64,000 nucleotides of DNA. It comes from Obrimoposthia wandeli (lineage: Eukaryota). The notes under the pieces were generated by a model, which searched no databases, was not told the origin of the DNA, and worked only from the letters and a program-made list of their open reading frames with translations. Shown here piece after piece: positions 1 to 9,879 of this stretch (position 1 is its first letter; each line of letters begins with the position of its first letter). The position numbers were made by a program, and so were the translations under genes. The stretch lies in NCBI GenBank assembly GCA_977020255.1, contig CDROCS010000288.1:1798001-1862000 (forward strand), given 5' to 3'.

Positions 1-290
1 TCTTTCAGTGGTATTGTGTGTTTTATGACAGGTGTTTCTCCTATGTCATACGGATTTTTAGCTATTACTTTTGGAAATTTATGTATTAGATCAAGTAATT
101 GTTTCTTTTCTCTGGTTGTCAGTCTTTCTGAGTGGATTACTATTTCTTCGTAATCATTCGTATCTTTATCCAGTTTCATGGCACACATAGTGGAATTCTC
201 CATCTGTACTATCTTTCCCAACCTCATCCCTCTGTATAACAGGATGTCGTTGTTGGTTGTGTTCATCAGTCTAACTGGTATTTTGTGATT
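1..290 (-). pseudogene. Gypsy pol segment immediately upstream of reverse transcriptase
   Basis: Manual translation: HKIPVRLMNTTNNDILLYRGMRLG...EKKQLLDLIHKFPKVIAKNPYDIGETPVIKHTIPLK, matching the typical L..ll..y.dvf....dlG.t....H.I.l motif that precedes Gypsy RT. Confidence 0.75.
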
Positions 291-291
291 T

Positions 292-810
292 TCAATCATA
301 CATACTGTACTCACAATTGGTAATTCGTATTTTTTCTATAAAATCTCGTGATGGTTCGAATACGATTGGTCCTTTATCTTTTGATAATGTGTGGCCTTGA
401 ATAACAAATTGTGATCTTTTACCGAATTTTATGGGGTTTTCTATAATCACATCTATTTGATTTATCTGTATGTTTGACGTGCTATCTTTCAATCTTGGAT
501 CTTGTAAATCGATACTTATTCCTTTGAGTTGTGACAGAACATCCATTCCTAAAATAGTTGGTTCAGGACATTCTCTCATGATTCTAACTGGTATAGTGAT
601 CGTATTACAGCCTATTACAAATGCACATGGTAATATTCCCGTCTCTTTTGCAGGGTCTCCGTTGGCCGATACCAAGAATTCATCTGGTTCTGCCATTGTT
701 TATTTCTGTTCCTCTGTCAAACAATCTTCACTCACTATCGATGCTACTGCACCTGTGTCAATTAAGGCTTTTATTTTTAAATTATTGACTCTAATGATAG
801 CTGCTGGTCG
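292..810 (-). pseudogene. Retroviral-type aspartic protease (PR2), interrupted by an in-frame stop at 700-702
   Basis: IKALIDTGAVASIVS active site; FLVSANG flap; ILGMDVL C-terminal motif; ORFs 700..1029 and 292..696 are in the same frame, separated by TAA-ACA. Confidence 0.85.
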
Positions 811-904
811 CTGTGCTTCATTTATATTTCCCATATGGTATATTGTATTTATCAAATTATTACATTTTGTCGGTCCACTTCCTTTGTTTGGATAATGAAA
901 TCTA

Positions 905-1884
905 ATATTTCTCACTTGTCGATCTATAATCTTTCTACAAATCGGACATGTTACCATTTCGTTTGCACATCTCCGACATGTTCTCACATGTCCACTCGGT
1001 AAAAAGGCAACTTCTACTTTGTTGACCATACAAACTGCGCATTCCGGATCTTCCAGTATGTATTCTAGTTCGTTTATGTATTATTTCTCTTTTGTTTCAA
1101 TTGTACTGTCATCTTTATCTCGTAGTAACTCAAATATTGATCCGTATCCATTTCGCGTAGTTTTTATTTTTAATTCTACCAATTCTCTAATCCTGTCTGC
1201 TTCTTTTGGGTACAATCTTCTCACGAATGACACTACTGGTGTATCTTGTTGAGCCAAAATATCTTTCGGTATGATTTGGTATTCGACTATACATTCTGTT
1301 TTTGGTTCTTTTTGCTTATTTTTGTTTTTAAAATCAAAAACTCACAAAATTCGTGATGTAAACTTGCAATGCGTAAACTATCAATAATTCGTTCTTTTCT
1401 GCACTTGTGGCATTTAATTACGTCTTTACCATCCTTTTTTATAGCGAAATGTCCCTTTTTTGCCAGCTTTTTAAGTATTGGATCCTCAAAAGTTACCTCT
1501 CCATATTTTTCGTCACATTCGTTTATTTCTTGCATTACTTCGAATATGTCTTCAGTTCGACAATATTTTTTATTTCAACGCACTTTATTTGTACTGTTCC
1601 TCCTTCTGGAATCTGAACATTATTGTCAAAATTTGGTGTTTTTCCTGCTTGAATTTCTGGATCATTTGCAGTTCTCAGTTTTAGGAGGAATGAACATATT
1701 GGCGCTTTCAGTTTATGTAGTCTCATTGGGTTATCTACTTTTTCCCAATTTTTAAATTTTACTCTGCAATATACACAATGTTAATTAACATTTGTAAACC
1801 AGTTCTCGCCATTTTACATGCAATTTCTTTTGAAAAGTGTGGTTTTAGTGACTTCTGTCTATCCCTCTCGATTCTAAAAGAATC
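905..1884 (-). pseudogene. Inhibitor-of-apoptosis (IAP) module: BIR-BIR-UBA-like-RING, reading in frame into PR2
   Basis: BIR1 (~1884-1682): MARTG..[frameshift]..CVYCRVKFKNWEKVDNPMRLHKLKAPICSFL. BIR2 (~1520-1335, divergent): LAKKGHF..DVIKCHKC..HHEFCEFL. UBA-like (~1240-1110): TPVVSFVRRLY..IRELVELKIKTTRNGYGSIFELL. RING (~1044-905): ECAVCMVNKVEVAFLPSGHVRTCRRCANEMVTCPICRKIIDRQVR. Confidence 0.85.
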
Positions 1885-2038
1885 GGTTTTCCCTATATTC
1901 TCATATGTTACTTTTCTCTTCCTCATTACTTGTGGTCCGTTGTTTACTTCTTTCTAGTGAAGTATCGAATTCACTAGCGCTTCCTGTGTCCTGTTTCACT
2001 ACGAGTTTCCCATACAGAAACTAGTGTAGTATTTCCTT

Positions 2039-2450
2039 TCATCTGTAGGTCAATCTCAATATCTTCATCTTTATCACTGAACTGTTGTTCCTTGAACTCT
2101 TTTTATTTGGCAATATTATTATTCCTTCAAACATAAGTATCACGCCCATCCCAATTATGAATGGACTACCACAATCTGTGAATATTCTTGCATTTATCTG
2201 CAATGCTTTTCCCTCAATAGTTAATTTACATTTCAGTGTTCCTTCTGATACTACATATGTTCCATTTACGTTGACAAATGTTTGTTTCCTATGACATACT
2301 TCTTCTATTTCTTTTGATGACAAGATTTTTTTACTCGGTACTGATACTGCAGAAACAGTATCGACCTCGGCAAGATATTTTCTTCCGTTCATTGTTACTG
2401 ATACTTGTGGTGGAGCATTTGGATTCTCATTAGATATCCTAGACTTCAGA
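2039..2450 (-). pseudogene. First aspartic-protease-like domain (PR1), in frame with the glycoprotein cytoplasmic tail
   Basis: VSVTMNGRKYLAEVDTVSAVSV (DTG changed to DTV), FVNVNG flap, PFIIGMGVI C-terminal motif, within ORF 2039..2779. Confidence 0.7.
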
Positions 2451-2699
2451 ATTCTTCTGGAATTATCTTCTTTATCTTTTTCCTCTGCCTGTAGAATTTC
2501 ATTATAGTTCACTCTATGCCATCTTATCATTAAAATTCCTCTTTCGAACTTTTCTTTCTCTTCCTTCAGTTCCTTCATTGGGTATGGGTTTGATGCTGAT
2601 TCTTTCTTGTCTTTTAGTGGAATTTTTGAATTTCCTGTATTTGGTATTTTTGCATAGTCTCCTGGACTATCGTTATCGTCGTTTCCGTCTCGGCGGTTC

Positions 2700-4716
2700 T
2701 TTAGTTCTCGCGTCATAGTTCTGGCTTGATGTTGCTCCTTCTTGAGGGCTCGTAACTCATTCTCGTGATGATGGGGCATTAGGTATTTCGCTAAAAATTG
2801 AAAACATCCAATTATAAGCTGTCAGGTGATTCCGGTTATCCTGTACAAACTATATGTAGGCAACACCTGAGCTATAATGACCTGTACAAATTTTATTTTA
2901 ACATAAATACCTATGATACCTGAAAATAATTTTCCTAAAACAAGGAATTTTCCTCACATCTTCCTAAGTGTCTGGTGTGCTGCTTCCTTGAAATGACTTA
3001 CCGACAATATCATATCAAAATTCGAATATGTAGCTCCTGGTGGTAATGCACGGTGTACTATTTCCGTAAGTACTCTGGCCCTTCTTACTGGAAACATTAT
3101 TTCGTTCCAGACCGCTTTTAGATCTTTCTCATTGTATAAACCTGCATTTTCGATATTCCTTACCGCTTCGAATTTCATTTTTCCTTTCAGTGTCATCATT
3201 TTTATAATCTCTGGAGTCGCTGTTTTCTTACGGTCAGCTAAGGTTATCCATAGATCACTCGTCATCTGATATTCAGTTTCCATTATATTGGAGCAGCTGA
3301 TTTCTTTAGTTGGAGTGTCATTAGGAAGTATCATTATAGAGATTGGTTCTACAAAGAGTGATTTTAAATTATACGTCACTGGCAATTCGCTTGTGCATCG
3401 TTCTGTTTTTCTCAACTGTACCGCTACCTTTTTGCACTTAAAAGTATATAGTACTTCTCCGGGAGAAGTTCTCCCATGGTTTTAGCAAATACTCTTTCGT
3501 CTAGAGGCAATAATGGTGCTACCATGTCTGGATTTGTAATAGCTAGTGCTAACTTAGTTCTTATGATCTCCTTGTTTAACTGGCAATCTCTCTCAACCAT
3601 CATCTGATATAACTGTTCCATTTGCATCAATCCTTTATGATAATAGAAATCAATTTTATTATTAAAATACGTGTGTAGCTGCATATCGTTAGGTTTTAAC
3701 TTGGTTCCTGCCATTGCTATTGATTCTCTTGACAAAACTATTCCAGGATAATTTGTAGTACTAACAGTCATTCCGCATCGCACTTTATTTCCTTTTTTGA
3801 TAAATATCAATCTTTCTTCTGTTGATGTTGCCATTAACAGCGTAGGTGTTAGCATCGTAGGAATTGGTCCTGTTTTGTTATGAAATCCTTCTCCGCCTTT
3901 ATTATACAGGAAACCTTTTATTTTATTAAATTTGATTTCTTTCAAAAATATTAACGAGCATTGTTTTGGATCCACTTGATACACAATTGTGGATTCCCCT
4001 GTATGACAAGATGTATCTGTCATTCTACATTCCGGATACTTCATCATTCGTTTTGTAGTTTTATCAAAAATGGCTGTCCCTGTTTTAAATTCAATCTCGT
4101 AAGTCACATTTATTACTAAGGCTGTTACTTTGGTACCACGCATATTTTTTGTTCCTCCAACGCAAGATCCATCAGCCCATCATTGTCCTATTCTCGTAAC
4201 TGTTTCATATCGTCTCACACCAACTTTCGCGTCGGGTGCGTAATTCTTATCTATTTCTATTTTTTCTGTTCGAAATGCGTCTTCGCAATCTTTCGGAAAT
4301 ACCTTGTGTGGTTTATACGGTGTGGTAGGTGTGATTTCAGACAAGAAACTTCTATGACCACAGTAAAATTCATGATAATTTGAATGAACTGAACATTCCT
4401 TCGCTTGTACTTGTAGTTTATCAATTTCCTGGTATACGAAATAGTTTTCTACACCTTTAGCTTTTAATTTCGATGGCTGTGATTCTGGACAGTCTTCGCT
4501 GTCAAGCAGTGAATACTTTTGTCCCATCTTTGGTACGCTACAGTCGTACGCTACTAGTGCTGATGCATGTTGCATTCCCATAAACATTACTAACATCATC
4601 ATCATCATCGTTGTGGACATATTTGGTTGGTTGTTCCTTTCTTTCAGACGGTATTGTTTATTTTCTCTTTTACGATTCTCATGACATTGTTCGTCATCAT
4701 CTTCATTCGTTTTCAA
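2700..4716 (-). pseudogene. Chuvirus-like (Jingchuvirales G / class III-type) envelope glycoprotein, fragmented
   Basis: Internal signal peptide MMMMMLVMFMGMQHASA, then LVAYDC..YSLLDSEDC..KECSV..FYCGHRS; TYFNNKIDF..MEQLYQMMVERDCQLNKEIIRTKLALAITNPD; AGLYNEKDLKAVWNEIMFP; membrane region LFSGIIGIY..YSLYRITGIT..IIGCFQFL. The motif order follows chuviral G as I recall it. Confidence 0.75.
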
Positions 4717-4752
4717 AATTGTTTTAGCGTAATCGCTTAATTTCGCCCAACC

Positions 4753-5790
4753 TCAGTTTTCGTCGATACGTTGTTGTAATACATTCTCAATCAGATACAT
4801 TGCTGCACTTATTCCTTGTTTGACTTCGTGAGCTTGACTCGTTCCTTCCGTCAATTGGAAACATAGGTATGTAATTGCTGTGATTAACTTTTTATAAGTA
4901 ATCTGATTTTCAAATAATCTCGCTAAAACTTCACCATCGTAGAATCTGTCTACTGATACATGATATCCCTGGTTTGTAGTCATTCTTTTTACTGCTGACA
5001 TTTGTGATCTAACTGCTCTAATCAAATTGTCTGTTATATCGGTAGTTTAATCTTTGTACATTTGGAACAACTTCGACTTTACTTGCCTGAGAATTCCTGT
5101 AAGTATGTCTTTATTTCACTCTGCACTATACTTCTCTAATGACGCTGCTAACTGTCCAATGCAGTGGTGTCTCTTCTCATCCGTCTGAAGTGCAGTTAAA
5201 ACATTTCGCAATATACTTCCATCCTTTCTAAGTCTTCAGAGTCCTCTTCGAAAATACTGATACTCAGCTTGATTCTCAGCTTGATCATACGGTTCATCGT
5301 TATATCGTATCTCTTGACTTTGTTCTGCTTCATTCTGCCCATCCTTCATTATCTACTAATTTCTGTTGTTTCACAGTGATGACATCAATTTTCTCTTCTA
5401 ATTAGTTTTCTATCAGATATCCAAACTCGACTGGTACATCTTCATCCTCCAGTGATCTTCCTTTATAATAAAACAACATATTCATTCCGTCTATTCCGAG
5501 TTTCTCTGCTAGTTTTTCGAACAGTTTTAATAGTTTGGAATAAGTTAAGTTTTTCGTGTATAATCTGTCCGGAAATTAATCAAAGTAAAAATTTCATCGT
5601 CCCTTTTTGATTTGATCTCTGTACGTAACGACCGTATCCTTTCAATAATCCTCGTGCTCTTTGTAGGTCAAGTTATCATGACTATATTTAACCAACTCTC
5701 CTCGCATTTTTTCCAATCTGTGTACTTTAATTGTTTGTAGTTTTACCAAAACTTCTGGAGCTTCGCTCGCTTCATCTAGCGGTTGATTAA
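4753..5790 (-). pseudogene. Unidentified decayed coding region between gag and the glycoprotein
   Basis: ORF 4753..5025 plus stop-interrupted frames with the same strand bias; no motif recognised. Confidence 0.35.
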
Positions 5791-5794
5791 ACAT

Positions 5795-6855
5795 TTATTT
5801 AGCTTCACTAATTATCTTTTTCACATTTTTCATACTCTTAGCATGTTTTGCTGCTTCTATATGACCAGTCATAGGTTGTACGTTACACGTTTTGTCTATT
5901 GGTGTCTCATACGCTTCTAGTATTCGGTTCATTAAATCATTCATCTCTTCTCTCGTGTGCAGCTTTTTCCCTTGTTGCGACAGCGTAAATGAATTCGCCA
6001 TTTTTGTATGTGGTGAATCTTTGATTATTCCAAACATCCGTTCGAATTTACTATCACTATCTTCAAAATCTACTTCGCGTCTAAGTTCGGTCTCGCGATT
6101 CCTATCGCTGTTATCATTTATGTAACTAAAATTTCCTTTCGGTTTTGGTGACCTTTCACGACTATTTGTCTCGTCAACATTATTATTACTATTATATCTT
6201 CCTGAATTATTGTATCTCTCAGCTCCTTGATGTCTGTCTGCATAATTATTGTATCTGTCTGGCGACTGTTGTCTATCCATATACTCGTGCGTGCGGCCAA
6301 GGTTCTCAAAACATACGCGCATTCATTCACGCTCTCGTCAGGTTTCTGTTTTTGTTCTCTCAAAATTCGCTTATTCACTTTTGCTAAGTCTCCCAATACC
6401 AATTTTTCAAAAAAAGCATCAGCACGTTCTGCTTCTGTCAAGTGTTTATACACTTTGAGTGCTAATCCTGTCAAATGCACCTGTACGCAGACACCTTTTT
6501 CTCTATCGTTCCATCGTTGAACGTATGCGCAACTCAAATATTCAGCGAGGAAGTCACAAATACTTTCCTCATCTCCTTTAAACTTTGTAATCTGCAATGA
6601 TCCCGAAACTTTTGGTCTCAGCGTTGCATTCAAAACGTGTGCCAACTGTTCTGCATTCATATTACCTAAGTTATTTCCTGCATTATTGCCTGGTTGAGCT
6701 CCTGCGTGAGCCATGTTTTCAGCTATATTTTCAGCTATTTCTTCAATATTATTCAAATTAACTTCCTCAATCTCTTTTAGGTTGGCAATTTTGATCTCTT
6801 CTTGATTTGATGCTTCAATAACTTCAATTTCTTCTGGGTTTACTTCACCAAACAA
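5795..6855 (-). pseudogene. Retrotransposon gag (capsid-like domain), frameshifted
   Basis: ITKFKGDEESICDFL..QRWNDREKGVCVQVHLTGLALKVY..LREQKQKPDESVNECAYVLRTLAAR, the typical Gypsy gag major homology region. Confidence 0.8.
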
Positions 6856-7159
6856 ATCAGTATATTCAAAACTGTCGGTTGAAACTGCTGATTGATTAAC
6901 GTCTCTTTCTGATATGTTTTCTTAGATTCTAGCTTCTTCTATTACTTCTTTATCTGTTTGAAAAACCTGTTCAACTCGGTTCGAATTATTATTTATATAT
7001 TCTTGTAGAATCTGACTTTGTCTTCTAGTATTAAACGCGGGTCCTTTTTTTATTCGTTGTCTTATCAATTATGTATTCGTTTATTTCCTACGATATCGAT
7101 TTACTTATTACTTTTATATCTCTTTTCTCAACTATCATTTTATGAATTCTTATACCAAT

Positions 7160-7692
7160 TTGTCTCTTCGAGGAACTTATCTACTCGATTTATCAACCTA
7201 TTTAATTTATCTCTTCGAAGAATATATCTACTCAATTTATTTAATTCGAGGAATATATCTAATCGACTTAACTTATTCAATTTATCTCTTAGAGGAATAT
7301 ATCTACTCGATTTATCTTATTCAATTTATTTAATTCGATGAATATATCTACTCGACTTAACGTATTCAATTTATTTACTTCGAGGAACTTATCAACTCGA
7401 TTCACAAACCTTTTCAACTTAATTACTTCGAGAAACGGATCAACTAGATTTACAAATATATTCAATTTACTTACTTCGAGGAACGGATCAACTCGATTTA
7501 AAAACTTATTCAAATTACTTACTTCAAGGAACGGATCAACTCGATTTACAAATATATTCAATTTACTTACTTCGAGGAATGGATCAACTCGATTTACAAA
7601 TATATTCAATTTACTTACTTCGAGGAACAGATCAACTCGATTTACAAACTTATTTAAATTAATTACTTCGAGGAATATATGAACTCGATTCA
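7160..7692. repeat. 48-bp tandem array (about 11 degenerate copies) in the retroelement leader
   Basis: Unit CGAGGAACGGATCAACTCGATTTACAAATATATTCAATTTACTTACTT; 16-aa periodicity in the overlapping ORFs. Confidence 0.9.
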
Positions 7693-7800
7693 AACACTTA
7701 TTCTCAATTCTCTTATCTCAATTTACTCATATATTCTTCTCTATAACTTATTTTTAATTTACTATCTTATTCTACGTGAATTCGCTGTGTCCGATGAGTT

Positions 7801-7819
7801 ATCCTCACTCGGGGCATCA
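7801..7819 (-). promoter_or_regulatory. Primer-binding site complementary to elongator tRNA-Met
   Basis: Minus strand reads TGATGCCCCGAGTGAGGAT, resembling TGGTGCCCCG(T/A)GTGAGGAT (complement of the tRNA-Met(e) 3' end); 8 nt from the LTR end CCCCAACA. Confidence 0.7.
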
Positions 7820-7827
7820 ATTTAATA

Positions 7828-8211
7828 TGTTGGGGTTTCTATTTGAAATTAGATCTTCGTATGGAGGCCCCAACGTGAGTTCTATAGAACTAGGGCTTGC
7901 AGATGGTCGTGGCCTATTTAGATGTTTTCTTACTTATCGAAGTCTCAAAATTTGAAGGTTTTCTTATTGTAGTGTGAGGTGTGTATAGAGTTGTGTGCAC
8001 AAGTTATTGCGAGGTTCCCTTATTGTAGTATTGTGTATGGAGGGATTGGTATTGTACTGATGTGTGGTGGTTAATTCAAGGTACGCTACTTTTTTTAGGA
8101 AAAATCTATTCTTTATTTCACACTAAACTAAGTTTCTAAAAATTATAACAACTAATCCTATGACACTTTATTCAACTTCACACACTAAATGAGGATGTCC
8201 TTAACCTAACA
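7828..8211 (-). repeat. Putative 5' LTR (minimum extent; may extend to 9466)
   Basis: TGTT...AACA termini (plus strand TGTTGGGG at 7828, CCTAACA at 8205-8211), adjacent to the PBS; the partner LTR is not in the window. Confidence 0.5.
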
Positions 8212-9466
8212 TATCGATTTTAATTTGACTTAGTAATTTTAAAGGTCCTGTTTTTATTCTCTGAATTGACCTTATTCAGTGGAGTAAATTTGTAAAGGTC
8301 AAGTACATTGTTTTTGTCAAGTTCCCTGTTTCACTTGTGTGAAACTAACACTTACAAGACAATTATAGAACAATTTAAATTAACAGTTACAAATTTCAAT
8401 GTAAATTCGGTTTCACTGTTTCACTTCTGTGAAACTAACAATTACAAATTCAAATACGTTTTCGGCTTCCTAATTTCACTAGTGGGAAATGAACAATAAA
8501 TCTCACCAATTCCGCAAATTTATGAAATGCCAGATATTATTTTTATTTCGGTTTACTTCTCCCCTCTTCCTAATATAACGATCCACCAAAAGTCCACTGA
8601 GAGATCCTCAGATAGCTTCACAGAATCCACTCTTATCTTGGCTCTCCAGTCGTATTGATATCTGGTCTTTCTGGAAGCACTTTCACAATTACTTTAGGGC
8701 AACTAATATCCTTTTCGAATTCACTTTCTGCGTTGATCTCGCTGACTTCTCCCAATTCCAAGTTTGTTGAAGTACTTGTTTTCCGGCTCCGAATTGTTGG
8801 TGGGATTTGGTTTCTCTCTCAGGTCGAGTTTTCTTATTGTTCCATTGAGCTGCGATTCCTTGTCTTATCGTTTTATTGAGCTGTGATTCCTTATGTTTGA
8901 TTTATATTTCTTGTGAGCTGTGTTTGCTGTCACTGCACTTTTATATCTAAACATTTGACGGCTGGCCTCCTTCTCGACTGTCGATTAGTGGCGAGTCTGC
9001 AAGGGAAAATTGCACTTTAATTAAAAGCACTAAACTCTAAAACAACCAAAATCACTCACTCTCGACAATTTCCACAGCCGGTGTCTTCTCACGGCAATGT
9101 CTGGTCTGCAATTTCCTAATGACTTCGTCGTGTGACTCTGCGAGCAAGTTTCTTCTTGGCAATTCTTAATGGATTTCTCAATCTAGTTTTTATATTTACT
9201 TCTTTCTTTATTTATTATTGTGAATTAATTACTCTTACTTTTTGTCGTTAATTACACCTGTTCTCTTTTCTTAGGTGTCTTAATTACTCTCAATCCTTTT
9301 AGGGCCCTGAACTTTTCTACATATCTCACACCAAACATGACCTTTTGAGGTCCTAACTTCCTTCTAATTTATCAATTTTAATTTCATTTAGCCTTGCTTC
9401 CAAAGTTTTTATTTTCCTATATAATAATTAATTAATTCTGTAAATATTAAAATTCTGATCCTAACA
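8212..9466. repeat. LTR-like segment ending in CCTAACA, with a GACC-N7-GGTC hairpin shared with segments at ~48.5 kb and ~52.5 kb
   Basis: GACCTTTTGAGGTCC at ~9340; the terminus at 9466 interrupts the end of the TBP-like pseudogene. Confidence 0.4.
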
Positions 9467-9879
9467 ATATCATAACTTTACCACTGGAAAATATATTTAC
9501 AAATAGCGGTGTAAACTTCAAATATCTGAGTGCAGGAAAAATGTCAGGTTCAAACATGTATTCTTATTTCATTTTCTCTGCAATTTTATAAATATTTATT
9601 GATTTCCCAACATTACCTGAAACTGTGATTGATTGTATGGTGCTGATTATGAATTCCAAATGGTAAATTGATGTCATTCAACGGTGTTTTGCATCCCATA
9701 AAACGACAACTTCCTAAAAAATTCAATATGGAAATAAAATAAAAACTAACCTGAAGGAAATATGACAACTGTGAAATCATCAAACCTTTCTCATATTGTT
9801 TCGGCTTTCACTCATTGAATGGTAAGTGCGAAATATCATCTTCTATTCTTCCTTTATAATTTATATTTACGAGCTTCAA
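9467..9879 (-). pseudogene. TBP-like pseudogene homologous to the Polinton gene at 38900-39364, with an apparent 37-bp GT-AG intron (9714-9750)
   Basis: LVNINYKGRIEDDISHLPF..KPKQY / FDDFTVVIFPSG^SCRFMGCKTP / IQSITVSGNVGKSINIYKI..MFEPDIFPALRYLKFTPLFVNIFSSGKVMIL; co-linear with the Polinton protein; two stops and two frameshifts. Confidence 0.8.

Larger units (their letters stand above)
1..7819 (-). mobile_element. Decayed Ty3/Gypsy-type LTR retroelement, internal region (continues beyond the left window edge towards RT), carrying glycoprotein and IAP cargo
   Basis: PBS at 7801-7819, gag remnant, two DTG-type proteases and a Gypsy pre-RT segment, all on the minus strand with continuous A-rich coding-strand composition; many stops and frameshifts. 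Confidence 0.85.

Noticed and set aside
7018-7693. ORFs with 16-aa repeats on both strands
   Set aside because: By-product of the stop-free 48-bp tandem array
9578-9616. Second apparent GT-AG intron (39 bp) in the TBP-like pseudogene
   Set aside because: Its translation (GNVGKSINIYKIA) aligns with the Polinton protein (ENLDQSINLFKLW), so it is coding sequence
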